Positions 52,305-64,000 of a stretch of DNA of 64,000 bases are shown here, piece after piece. Positions within the stretch are counted from its first letter, which is position 1. Each line of letters opens with the position of its first letter. Source of the stretch: Caecitellus pseudoparvulus (taxonomy: Eukaryota; Protista; Bigyra: Bicosoecida); NCBI GenBank assembly GCA_965644315.1, contig CBFFRQ010000057.1, positions 248,001-312,000 on the forward strand. Direction: 5' to 3'. Under the pieces are notes generated by a model. The model did not search any database, had not been told where the DNA came from, and saw only the letters and a list, made by a program, of their open reading frames with translations. A program made the position numbers and the translations under genes.

Positions 52305-55300
52305 TCAAGATTGAAGCTTGTGCACGCACTTCTTTCGGAGTGGACCTATGGTACGCTTGGCATACGGGTCCTTCAGAACATCTGCATGCCACTGCAGCAG
52401 GGAGAGAAAATGCGCATACCCCAGGTCTGCAAGGCTAGAGTTGGCAGGGAAGGTGAACTTCCTCAGATCGATGACAAGCCCATTTCGCTCTGCGCAGGTC
52501 TTGGCGGTCATGTAGGCGGTTTCAGCCTGCACATGCAGGGATTCTGTCTCGCAGTCAGGGGAGAAGTACCCAAGGAGCTTGCGCACGCCAAGGCTCTTGT
52601 CGTCCAGGAACCCCGCTGAGAGACCGAATTCGAAGGCCACAAACGTGTCCCGCACGTCCGCGTATGCCGCCTTGGCAAAGGCGGCTTGGGCAAGGGTTAG
52701 GTAAGCCACCTTGTCTTCGCCGAACAGAGACAGGAACCCGGTGCGAACGCGCTTCGTCACTGCCTTGCGGTCGTGACTGCCCTTGGGCGGCCGCGTAATG
52801 CGCGTGTCCAGATCCACATCCGGCAACAGCAGGTGGCACAGTTCAATGCAAAAGCCTTGCCATGCCAGCAGCAGCATGAACTGCACGATGCCAGGGAACG
52901 CTGCCTTGCCATCCAAGCTCAAGAGGCGCGCCCCCACGGCAATGATGAAGGCCCGGGTGCGCACCTGCACAGGGCCTGGCTTCACACTGCCATCAGGCGC
53001 CACCCACTTACCGGCCTGGATGAGGCTGTCTTCGGGAATGCAGCTGATGATGGTGGCGCGGTTCATGCGGTGGAAGTGGAACATGATGCCCGCCAGGCTG
53101 CTTTTCAGCAGGTCCGTCATCCTGTCCCTGGCCTCCCCTACGGTATCCACCTCATCGAAAGAAACAGCCAAATGCACAATACCCCGCGGTGCCCGCCCGG
53201 CGTGCCACTTCTTCACCAGCGCCCTGTACTGTGCGTCTTGCTTCAGGGCTGATGGAATGGCCGCCTTGACCAGGGCAAGAGTGCCCTCCGGCTCGGCCCT
53301 GACCGCAGTTGTGCCACCTGAGGCTGCAGCCGCCGCCGCCGCCTCCTCTTTTGCAGCTTCCAGGGCAAACGACGGGGGCTCTGGAAATGTCGCACAATAA
53401 TCTTGCATCAGTATTGGCAGGTGCACCTCTTGCAGGTCTCTTCGCCGCTCTGCGTTGCCTTCCGACCCATCGTCGATGCTCACAACGTCCTTGCCCCATT
53501 TTGCCTGCATGGTCCTGACACTCGCCTCGCCAAGAAGAGGAAGGAGCTGCTGCTGGGCATCGGGCGTCAAGCAAGACACGCTGCGGTCTGCCACTCGACT
53601 TGGGGTCTCTCGAGCGTGCCAAATCACCAAAGAATCCGCGTCGGGAACAATCTGGCTTGCCCTGCGCAACCCTAGAGCGCAGTTGAACTTGCCTTTGGCA
53701 AGTAGGGGCGCCAGCGGGATGGTTACACTGCCCAAGAAGTCATCATCCTGGGGATCTTCATCCCACATTGACAGCCGCAGGCGTGAGTTGGGCCGCTCCG
53801 CCAGCAGCTCTCCCCTGAAGTCAAAAACGGGGTTCAAGTTGTCCCGGATCGTAGGCGTGCGTAGGCGGCGCAGAAAGTTACCCTCACCAATCCTGGACTC
53901 CAGTCGCGTGTCGTTCTGCACCTCTAACACCGCGTACGGGTCGGAGTAGTTGCCGATGCCGAAGTCTTTATTTTCCAAGTTCTTTGCACGGGCTAGGTGC
54001 ACTGTCACGCGATACGTGCGAAGAGCCAACGCACTTGAGCGCACTGTTTCAGCAGCGTCTTCAGTGAGGAGCTGGGGCTCGCTGAGGCGCTTCAGCAGGC
54101 TATTCATAGTGGAGTCAAAGGAACTGGCACCCATTGGGTTTCCATCCCCAGCTGAGGATCCTTGCAGCGGAGTGATGAGGTGGAGCAACTCGGACATGGT
54201 CTCGCGAGCAAAGAGGATGTTGTTCAAGTGCACGAGCACGCGGACCATGGCCCTCCACTGGGCATCTGTTGCCTTCGGCGCGTCCCCAGATGGCAGCAAG
54301 GGTGTGGTGAAGTACGTCACTAGCGGATCGGACATGCTTGCTGCAGATACCAACTCGGCTACGGCGCTGGCTTGAGCATCAGCAAACCGCCCCAGCGTAC
54401 CGACAACGACTTGGTGTGCAAACAAGTTGCAGTTACGGGCGTGCCGACTGCCAGGCAGTTTCGCAAAGCTGCTCAGGTGCATGTGTAAGTATGACGGCAG
54501 CCACTCAGCATAGACACTGTGCAGCTTCCGCGCCTCCACGTCACTAAGCTCCTGCCCTGCCCCCAGCCGCTCCAGGGATTGCTGCATCCCACTCTTCATG
54601 CCTGCTGACGCGTCTTTTTTCAAGGCAACCTCCAAGACGGAGGCCATGGAAGCTTGTCGAAGCAAAACCCACGCTGGCAGGTGCTGCCCAAAGAGTTCCT
54701 CACAATCGATGAGGGGCATCCCAAGCGGACTGGGCTGCACTGCGACGCGCACTGCTGGAGAGAGCACTGCCTCCAGGGCCCTGTGGGCCATAGTGCGCTG
54801 CTCCCGTGACGGAGCGGTCAAGTGTACAGGGCCAGGTGGTGCGACTGCGCCCAGGCCGGCACCATCCTGCTCAGGCGGCCACAACAAGCTGCTGGACAGC
54901 AGCCCTGGCAACGCCCGGACAGTATCATTGAGCTCCGCCATGGAGAAGTGCAGGCCGTTGCTGCTGTTGAAGAGCGAGTCCGGGTTCACAGACGATGGCG
55001 GCAGGCACAGAATCGAGCGCCGAAGGTCAGCTGAGGCGTGGGCGTAGTACGCAGCGCCACGGACGGCCGGCAGCCAACCTTTGGCCAGCGCAGCGCCTGC
55101 CCAATGCCTACCGCTCGGGGCAACGTATAGCTGCAGGAAAGGATTCACAGCACACTCTTCATGCACCAGCAGGCCCAAAGCAAGTGCCGCAGCAGATGTC
55201 TTGGGTGGTGACCGGGGGTCCATGGCCACTGCCAGGAGCTGCTTGGTATCCAGTCCCCCCAACAGCCAACTCCCAGTGCCTTGGCAGGGGGGCAAGATGG

Positions 55301-58300
55301 CGTTCTTCATGCCACCTACTGCGTCCCACAGGTAAGCCGTCAGCGTGGCGAGGAGCCGCGCTCTTGGAGATCCCTTTTGGGACGTTGCGTCGCCCGGCGG
55401 AGCAGCTCGGAGCTCTGGCTCCACGACCGCTGAGAACGCGTAGCCGAAGGGGTCAAAATCAACCAAGCGCTTGATCTCGCGTTCAGCGTGCTTAACTGGA
55501 GCCCGCATGACAGAGACAGATGCCAGTGATGGACCAAGGATGTCAGTCACGGCGCTGCTGAGCTGGGCCGCACTGTCCATCTCGGGTGCCAGCCACGGCA
55601 CAGGCGGCGCGCTCAAACCTTGCGCTATGGAGGCAGCTTGGGCAGAGCTCGCGGCCTCGTCACGGACGCCTCCAGGTGGGTCACATTGCTGCTCACTGCT
55701 CACAATCTTCTCATGGACGCTGCCTCGTTGCAGCGCTGGGCGTGATCCTCGCCTCACCGTGGTGCTGGCGCCTCTTCGGCGAACGGCAGACAGCTCCGAC
55801 TTTGGGCGCGTGGCAGTGAAGCCAGTCCCCACGTTCAGGGTCGGCCGTGCACCCAACGCGGTGGGCATGTGCAGCGTGACGGGCTTCACGTCATCATCTG
55901 CATCGCTGACCGGGTGGTGCGGTGCCACAGGCACGCTCAGCACAGTTGTCCCAAGCACGGTGCCATGCTGTAGGATGTCAGGCAAGGGCACGCCAACTGC
56001 GACGTCCCCCTGCACGACAGTGTCCAACGCGTGAAAGGCAGCCACTGGCACCGGCGCAGCACTGTCAACTGCTGGTGACAGGTCGCGGGAGCTCAAGGAA
56101 GCCGGGCGTCCTCCTGGTGTACGAGACACAGCTGCCAGGAAACGGGCCGACCCTCGAATCCTGCTCTTCAAGCTGCTCACACGGGACTGCAGGACATGTG
56201 CGGATGGAGACAGCACATCGGAGCCAGCAGCAGTGCTGCCTGCAGTGAAGCCCCCCAGCACATCTTGCCGCGCGCCTGGCATGTCCGGTGCGCTGACACT
56301 GCTCTCCAGTGCCTGGGAGATAACGTGCTGGGGCAGGTGTCGCACCTGAAGCACAAGCCGCATCACGCGCTGAGAGGCAGCTGCCGTCCCCTCTTGAGCC
56401 CTTGCTTCTTGGGCCCTGACAATGCCAGGCGGAATCCGCAGCTGCAGCACCGCTCCTTCAAAAGATATGCGCGCGCCCGCCCTGATGTCCGAGACAGCGG
56501 CAGAGGCGAGCGCCCGGGTGCTTTGTGGCAGTGGAACCTCGCTTGCAGTAAGCCTGGGGGCAGAATCCTCGACTGGCTCTGTGTCTGCCCACCAAGCAAC
56601 CACCACCGGTCGCAGTTCGCTGGCTGCAACCCCCCCCCCCAGCGCGGCAAACGCGCAGCTCTGCAAATCAGCGTCAAAGAGTGCAAGTTCCACTGTGTCG
56701 GGCACGAGCTTGTCGCCGTAGGCGTCTCGCAAGGCACGAATATGAGCGGCGTGGGTGCTCACAGCACGTTTCAGCTGCACCGTCACTGTCGCTGTGCGGT
56801 CCACCACCCCTCCCTGGCGCAGCAATCGACCTAGGGCTACTGGCATGTCAGGGCCTGCCCCTGACCAAGCGTCAGCAGCTACAGCCTGCAGTTTGGAAGA
56901 TAGCCGCCCTCGAAGCAGCAAATCTTCTGCAGCTTCCAACCGAAGTGCTGCGACGCTTTGGACCACATCTGCGTTCTCCTGGCTTCGCAATGCCAGCGCG
57001 GCATCGTCCCCGCCAAGGCGACGGCCAGCCACCTGTCCCGGGGCTGTGCAGGCATTGCTAGGGACTATATCTGCCAAAGGAAAGCCGTCTACAGCAACGA
57101 CGATGTCTCGTGTGTGCACGTCATAGGCAGCAAGCTCGGGGTCAACGAGCTGCACTTGGACAGCCTGCCCGCTGCTGCCGCCACAAGCCAGCCGAAAAGC
57201 GCCAGGCTTCGACAGCACAGAAATGGGGAGCTCAGCAGAGACTGTGACTTGCACCCTCCGGCCGACTCGCCCCCTGCCAAGCGAGGCATCTGGAACTTCC
57301 GGCCCGTCACTGCCGTCGCTGTCGCTCTCCTCACCTGGTGCAGAGCTCGTGATGAGGCGCAGCGATCCAGACAATCCCTGCTGCTCCAGCCAAGCAGATT
57401 CTTCTGCGGGATCTGTGTCCCCCCTGCCCTCCAAGGCAGCGGAGAGTCCAGCAGCCAGCGCTTCGCGTCGTTGATCCATGTAATCCCTTCGTGCGCCTTC
57501 GACCATGGCACGCGTGAGGGTGAGCAGGAAAGGAGGATATGCCAGTGCACTTGCCTTTCTTTGCACATCTGCGAGCATGCTGGGCGTGCTTGCCAAGGTG
57601 CGCCACACCTGCTCCCACTCAGCGCTGTCCTTGCTCTCGGCCTCTGGTCCTAGCATGCCGTGCTGCACAAAGTACGAGGCCTTCAAGAAACCCATGCTGG
57701 GGGCGGGAGCCAGCTGCTGGTACAATCGCCACGCCCCTCTGAACACAAAGAGTAGCAGAGAGAGCGTGCGGTCACAGCTGGCCTCATGCTCTCCAGCATC
57801 CTCAAAGGAAGCGGGCGCCTGGCCCATGATCGCCTCCTGGACGAGGGAGATGTACTGAGCGACGCGCTTGGAGGACATGAGGGGAACAGGCCACAGGCGA
57901 GACCATTGGACAACCGCCTGGTAGCATGTTCGAATGAGTTGCTCGAGCACAGCAAGCAGGCGTCGTGTGTCAGAGACCGCGAAGGAGAACTGCAAGTGGG
58001 AGTTCTCCTCACCGGTGTACCGGATGGAGCCGTCTCCGGATGTATCCTCATCACTGTCAGAGTCAGAGCCCGGAGAAGTAGCCGCTTCTCCAGCCCCAGT
58101 GCTGGTATGTGCACTTCGCCCGGAGGGGTTCACTGTCCTGGCGGCGACACGCGCTGCAAGGGAGTCGACCAACGTTCCCATGCGCAGCAGCATGGCATAG
58201 AGGGCCGCAGTGGCATTGGCGGGGTTGGATGTGTTTCCAAAGTCAACGAAAGGGCAAACAGGTGGCAGGGCACCCACCCCCACCTGTTTCAGAAACGCTT

Positions 58301-61300
58301 GACTTGCGTTGGACAGGCCTGCGTCCACCCCGCTGCCCGGGCGCTGCCCAACAGGCCCAGCCACCGACATAGGGGGTAGCGACCGCACAACCCGCACTGG
58401 GTCACGGTCAGCTGACTCCCAGTCTAGGCCGGCATGAGAGCACACCTGGTACACCATGAGCCGATGCTCAAGCGCTCCATGCAGGTGCTGGCTGTACACG
58501 GACAGCTCTTCGCTTTGTTGCCGGAGCTGAGACAGCATGTACATGGCCCCGAACTCCCGCATGGACAGTCGCCCGAGCACTGACATACCATACAGCAAGT
58601 AAGGGACGCCTCCCACATCGTATTGCTCGAGCACAGCTCTGACTCGCGCAGCGGGTGCGGCAGCCCCGTCCGCCCCCGGAGGCGGGTCCGTTGTGGAGGA
58701 GACTGAATCGACAACATCGTCCGCATTCTGACGCACTCCGCGCTCAGGGCTTGCCAGCCAAGCTGATGTAGAGACTTGCTCTGGATCTGCAGAATCGAAG
58801 TTGGGATCTCCACCCTCCTCTAGAACAGCGATGCGGGCCATGTATGCGGTGTGCAGGTAGTGGCTCTGCTGCATCAACACCCGGGTCAGAAGAGGAAGTA
58901 GCTGCTCTGCTGACTGTGGCGCCAAGTTACCCTGTCCACTGTCTCCTAAGTCTTCTGCAAGCTGCTGAGAAAAAATGCCATCGGGAACATTGCCTGAAAG
59001 CAGGCCTGATGCGCCCTCCAGCGACCGGTGCTTCAGACGCTTGCCGGATTCAGGCCCGGGCTTGCAGCCCGCCGCCCCAGAGCGCCGCGGAGCGGGTTGC
59101 TTGCCAATCCACTGAATGCTGGCACCAGCTTCTTCATCGTCTTCATCAGAGGCATCATCAAGCAGGTACTGGGAGTCGGGGTCGAAGGCATCCGCGCCGG
59201 TTGACAAAGGCAGAACAAGGCCAGATGAGGAGCCAGCGGTTTCCCGCTCACTCGTCAAGAGCGCAGTGCGATCCAGCAAGTGCTTGGCGCGGACAATGCT
59301 TTGCCGCGCCCACACGATGCTGTCTGAAGTACCAGCTGGGCTTGGCGGAGCGATCGCCTCTGATGCCGGTGCTGGTGCTGATGGGGCAGCTCGCTGCCGC
59401 TTGGCGAACGGGCAGCAGCAGCTACCGCCGACTTCCTCTGCAACGGCAACGCTCGGGCGGGCGGGAGATGCAGCCGCTTCGCGCTTCTGCCTTGCAGCCC
59501 GGCGCTTTTCCCGACGGGCAAGAACTGCCTCCATGGCTGGCTGCATCTGCTTTGCGTAGAGAAAGTACTGCCTCATGCGCTCCTCAATGGCCCGTCGCTC
59601 TTCACGCTGCCATGCGTCGTGTGCAGCGTCACTGAAGAAGCCCTGCTTACTTGTCCAATCGTGCCGAGCAACGTGGGAAGGGGGACCGAGGAGCCCGACT
59701 GGCACGCACTTGGCGTCCAGGGCGAGAGTTGCTTTGCTTTTCTCAAGAAGCTGAACTGGGTCACTGCCAACTGCCCTCAACTGGGCGCTGGTCACGTAAA
59801 TAGCATGCCGAAGCTTTCTGACGTACTTTACAATGGTCCAGCCTTTGCCTACTGCAGGAATCGGCAGTGGCACAAGTTCGTTCGATTCACCTTGAGCCAA
59901 GTGCTTCACACGTTGTTCAGGTGAGCGAGCAAGTTCGCTGGCAGCAGCCCCCCCCAGGCGTTCTCCATTTGGCAGCGTATCACTTTCAAGCAATGCTTCG
60001 ATGAGCGGTGCAGCTTCTTGGACGACACGGCGCGCGGTGTGCATAGGGTGCTGCATGGCGAGCTTTGCTGACTCCAGTGGCGACGGTGCGGTATCTTGCC
60101 AGGGCGCGCCGACAATCTCATTCCTGCGATGGTGCACATTCTTTGCTGCCGTGCTGCCGTGGAAGGCATGCAGCAAATTCCATTGCAGCATTGTGGACCG
60201 AAGCTCAGCGATGGACGCTGCAGCTGAGGCTGGCTTGCGCGCCGGCTCGGAACCCTGCCCGGCAGCGGCAGCACCAGAAGTTGCAGGGGCAGACACTGGG
60301 GCAGCTACTGGCTCTGGCTTGGGTTTGAGACCTTCAGTGGTGGCATGCCGAGCATGCAGCCAAGCTGCGTCGTCGCCCAGGTCATCATCATCGTCGTCGT
60401 CACTTTCCGAGCCTTCCAAAGGCACAGCGAGCGGCTCTGCGCTTGGCGGGCCACGGGCAGTGCCTGGAGCCGGCAAGCCTTCTTGCACAATGGACCGGCC
60501 TGTGGAGAGAGCTGTGCCTGTCGCCTGCACGATGGCCGAGGCTCCCTTGCGAGCTCCCTTCCACAGGTGGGAGAAGCCGGTGAGCACGCCCGAGACGCCG
60601 ACGACAACCACGCTGCCGACAGCGCCGACCACCACCTGCCCCCCCATTTCCACGACATCTTGTACAGATGACAGCCCCCCAATGATGGCGCTTGTCACGT
60701 CATCGCCGTGGCGGCCATCCCCTCCCACCAGACCTCGCAAATCTTTCAGTCCCACAAGCGGCCCGTCTGCCTCCAGGCTCAGCAGGGGCAACTCGGCCGC
60801 AAGCCCAGCCATCATGAACACCCGCGTCACTGCAGCATGGTCGATGTGAACATATCGGAAGGGGCGTGGTGCAGAGGGAGAGCTCCTTGATCGCCGAGCC
60901 AAGCTCCGCTCGTAGGGCAGCGCCTTGGGCCTCTGGGCTGTGTCCGACCCTGCAAGCAAGACGCTCAGCGGAATGACACCTCCAGATTGTTCACTAGCAT
61001 CGGGGGAAATGGCGGCTTCACGGGGCGGCCCCGCGCCATCCGCTCCGCTTAGCATCAGCGGCTGAGGGGGTGCCAGCTCGCCCGCTGAGGCATGTCCGCC
61101 TCCCGCGGTGCTCCCTGTCTGCGACACAGTCCTGTCATGCTTCGCCAGGCGTCCAAGTTGCATGCCTCGAGTATCCACACGACCTTCATCAATCGTGGCA
61201 CGCAAGTCCCGCCTTTCGCGGCGGAGGGAAGCTTGCTGCTCCGCTCTAGCTTCTGCTGCCTCGTCTGCGACACTCAGGCTGCCGACTGAGGCGCCCATGA

Positions 61301-61758
61301 GAGGGCTAGGCGGAACGGAGGACACAGCTCGGCCGTGGTCAGCAGAGGTGGGGTGAGACACGGCAGGCGGGCGCACGCCTTTATCTGCACCTGCCCGGGT
61401 GTCTGCGGGTGGCTTGCCTCGCACCTTCGATGCGAACCGGCTTGCGGTATGCTTGGCTCTCGTGAAGGCGCTCATTTTCGGGGCTTTTCCCTGCGATGGA
61501 GATCGAGAAGGAGGGGTCATCCGCCGCCCCGGGTGCTCAAAGGCCCACAGCTGCTTACATCTTTCAGTGCTTGTGAAGCAAAGTCCTCGATTGCTTTCTG
61601 CTGTGCCTCGAAGAAGGCGGGGTCGACGTACTGGCCTTGGCTGCCGGTGCCAGTTGATTCAGTCTGCAAAGGAAAAGGAGTGAAAACCTGATCCCATACA
61701 GCAGATAATCAAGATGCCTTTGTATAGGTCTCACGCCAGCTCCTGTGTGTGCTGCCAT
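52305..61758 (-). CDS. Giant Munc13/MUN-domain-like protein with Ca2+-type C2 domain (~3100 aa)
   Basis: Two upstream exons (61735-61758 and 61559-61663) splice in frame into a 9.2-kb exon (52305-61490). MHD1-like VLVHLNNILFARE; C2 domain VTVHLARAKNLENKD...SDPY...NLNPVF...WDEDPQDDDFLG; MHD2-like helical C-terminus. The C2 call is secure; the MUN call is by motif resemblance. Confidence 0.72.
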
Positions 61759-62225
61759 GCTTTGCGGAAGTTGAAGGAGCGGCTGGGGGTGGCACTTGCG
61801 GGGAGCACCTGGTCAGTGGTCAACGCCAAGCTGTGGGTGCAGCTCCAACTTCAGAAACTCAACTCAGAAAATGTTTGGGACACTCTAAATGCACCGACCT
61901 GTGCGAAGTGCTCGGCATCATTTGACGGAGGTGCTGCTGGGACTGCGGTTTTTGCTCACCACGCCGACAATGCCGTAGCCCTGGAGCGGAAGGTCAGGGG
62001 GGGGGGGCCGGCGCAAATGTCTCTACAACGACGCCGTGCGAGCCGGCATCCGTTTACACAAATCCACCCTTCGGGGTGCTGTGTGACAGCGATCACTGCA
62101 TTGTTGCTTCCTGGTGAGGAAGCAGAGACCAGCCGTCTGGTCTACACAACAGAGAAACAGCGAAAGAGACTTGCTTTGTGGAAGAGAAACGCCGCCCACG
62201 CCTCCACCGCGAGCTTTACCTCTCA

Positions 62226-64000
62226 CTACAAAGCATCTGAAGCCACAACATAATCTGAGCAGGGTCCATCCTGCCCTCCCTCTCGCACTGCGGGTGCGAG
62301 TCCCACCCCCTCCAGGTCATCTGAGCACGTGTCTGTCACGTCGATAGCGTTGCCATAGTAGCCTTCCTTGCCGGGCTTGTCCCCCGCAGCGATGCTGAAG
62401 AGCCGAGCATCCACGTACCCCCACATGGCGAAGGCTTGGCACTTGGCCTCGTACTGCAGCAGAGCTTCGCACACAACCCCAGCGCCGTCATCGTCCAGCA
62501 CAATTTCCTTCTTCGAGAAGTACGCAGCAGGCTTGGTGATGGTGCAGCCCCCGTTAGCTCTGTCCAGACTCTGCACGCGGCCACGTCGGGCCTTGGGCAG
62601 GCACGCACATGAGCCTGACCGCAGCAGGCCAGTGTGCAGCGGCACACGCAGCAAGCGGTCCGAAGTCTCTGGCCCCCACAGACCATCCTCTGCGATGCCT
62701 TCAGTCACACCGCCACTTACTCGGTGAGAGTTGACCAGGCGCGGCAAGTCTGCGTTCCACCGGCGCTGGTATGCCAGCACTGTCAGGCGCCGCACATCCT
62801 TCCAGCCCTTGGTGGCGGTCTGGCCACCGCAAGTGGGACCTCCTTTGTACCTGAGCACGCTCAGCCCGGCGTCAATGTACTCATGCGTGAGCGGGTGCTG
62901 GGCAAGGTACTCGCTTTCTTCAGTGCTCCAGCCGCCAGGGGGAGGCTGAATCTGACCAGGTTCCACCAAAGTGCCTTCCAACACCCACCCGCTTCGCTGC
63001 AAAGCCCGGGCGTACCCCGCATCCAGCGTGGTGTTCAGGACCAGCATCGTCGTCCCAAAGGCCATAGACACTCTTCCAACAGAGTGGATACGTTCTTCCT
63101 TGGGTGTCTTTTTGCTGTCATCGACGGTGCCGCAGCTTTCATGGGCTGACAGCACGCTGTGCTCCAGCAGCGGCCGCCACATGTGCGTCACATTCATCAA
63201 GATCGGGTTCCAGTCTGCGTACATCTCGTCGGCGATGCTGACGGCGATGTTGCGGTCGGCCGCGGACATGTTCGCGACAGTGACATTCAGCTCAAATGCG
63301 CGCTCCTCCAGCGCTGCATCCTGCATGGCGTCCTTCACCAGTTGGCGGTAAGCAGACGTGGCATGCATGAGCGCCTGTGCGGCAGGTCGCTGCAGGAACG
63401 GTGCTTCGGCCGCGCGGCCGTGCAGGCCAACGCCAGAGGGTGGGTTGACTCGCGCCAGAGCTCCCTGGTCCAGACACAGCAAGTCGTCTGTGATGTGCGC
63501 GTTAAAGCGGGAAAGGGCAGGAACGTCACACGCGACATGTCGCAGGTCAGAGTCCTTGGGAGGCAAGCGCCAAGGCTCCGGCAAGCTGGCCCACTTGCCA
63601 CTGTACAGGTGTCTCACGGTCGGCTCCACAACCATGCTGATGGGGGGCTCCACAGGAACAGGTGCGGCATCTCCCAGAGGCTCCCACACGCCAGTAGTCG
63701 CATTGTACGCCTCCAGCTCGCCGTCAGGGCCAGGCAGCGCACCACTGGAAATGCTGCTCACATCAACGTCCTGCTTCTTGCAAGGGTTAGACGTCGGTCC
63801 ACATGCCTCTAGAGCAGTGTAGGTGAGGGGCGACCCATTCTCTTGCATGGTTCGTACACACTCCGCGTGTTCATGGGACTGATGAATGACTTGTTGCCCG
63901 GGACACGGCTGCGGCAGCTTCTTGACAAAGTTCTCGAGGAACCACATCGCAGCGCGAACCACTGCGGTATTGCAAGCCTGCTGTGTCTTCTGGTCCTCAA
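62226..64000 (-). CDS. Protein with bacterial M15-like (D-Ala-D-Ala peptidase fold) region and peptidoglycan-binding module; 5' end outside window
   Basis: Frame open to the window edge. PFLQRPAAQAL...NVTHMWRPLLEH...HSVG, then VLAYQRRWN...IAEDGLWGPETSDRL, the DG-x-x-G-x-x-T signature of PG_binding_1. Cys-rich flanks. Confidence 0.68.
   Translation of the reverse strand, partial: EDQKTQQACNTAVVRAAMWFLENFVKKLPQPCPGQQVIHQSHEHAECVRTMQENGSPLTYTALEACGPTSNPCKKQDVDVSSISSGALPGPDGELEAYNATTGVWEPLGDAAPVPVEPPISMVVEPTVRHLYSGKWASLPEPWRLPPKDSDLRHVACDVPALSRFNAHITDDLLCLDQGALARVNPPSGVGLHGRAAEAPFLQRPAAQALMHATSAYRQLVKDAMQDAALEERAFELNVTVANMSAADRNIAVSIADEMYADWNPILMNVTHMWRPLLEHSVLSAHESCGTVDDSKKTPKEERIHSVGRVSMAFGTTMLVLNTTLDAGYARALQRSGWVLEGTLVEPGQIQPPPGGWSTEESEYLAQHPLTHEYIDAGLSVLRYKGGPTCGGQTATKGWKDVRRLTVLAYQRRWNADLPRLVNSHRVSGGVTEGIAEDGLWGPETSDRLLRVPLHTGLLRSGSCACLPKARRGRVQSLDRANGGCTITKPAAYFSKKEIVLDDDGAGVVCEALLQYEAKCQAFAMWGYVDARLFSIAAGDKPGKEGYYGNAIDVTDTCSDDLEGVGLAPAVREGGQDGPCSDYVVASDAL

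Noticed and set aside
61714-62253. 179-aa plus-strand ORF
   Set aside because: Overlaps both flanking minus-strand genes and has no motifs; the region is better explained as UTR/promoter.
1-64000. Operon-like functional cluster, transposon or endogenous virus/virophage
   Set aside because: Neighbouring genes are functionally unrelated. I saw no transposase, integrase, reverse transcriptase, capsid gene, terminal repeats or low-GC island.

Overview
Gene-dense, GC-rich eukaryotic nuclear DNA with 22 protein-coding genes. Most introns are short (60-100 nt) and GT-AG, usually with GTGCGT/GTGAG/GTACGT donors, so many ORF-track entries are exon fragments or antisense shadows. I rebuilt the gene models by hand from splice signals and conserved motifs. 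A tubular mastigoneme protein and an LRRC23-like axonemal protein point to a flagellated stramenopile, probably a heterotrophic bacterivore (inference). Genes in order: LRRC23-like (truncated), BCAT, POLD3, Atx1, a bacterial YvrD-type SDR, an LRR protein, CBM20-TPS-TPP, a RAP-domain protein, a WD40 protein, a bacterial-type hypothetical protein, oligopeptidase B, the mastigoneme protein, PSMA7, a SAP30-PHD fusion, an EDEM3-like GH47, a JmjC protein, a ~5000-aa 9-TM cadherin, SAPS/PPP6R, NHP2, AcpS, a ~3100-aa Munc13-like protein, and an M15/peptidoglycan-binding protein (truncated). I found no tRNA, rRNA, CRISPR array or transposon. Highlights: (1) the giant cadherin-IPT-9TM-C2 receptor, with four recently homogenised high-GC3 cadherin repeats; (2) the SAP30-ING-PHD fusion, hidden behind microexons; (3) the bacterial-type peptidoglycan-binding M15-like protein; (4) the doubly degenerate TPS/TPP; (5) an 11-bp motif, GCRATTTCCGC, seen only near start codons. 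Family assignments come from remembered motifs, not database searches.
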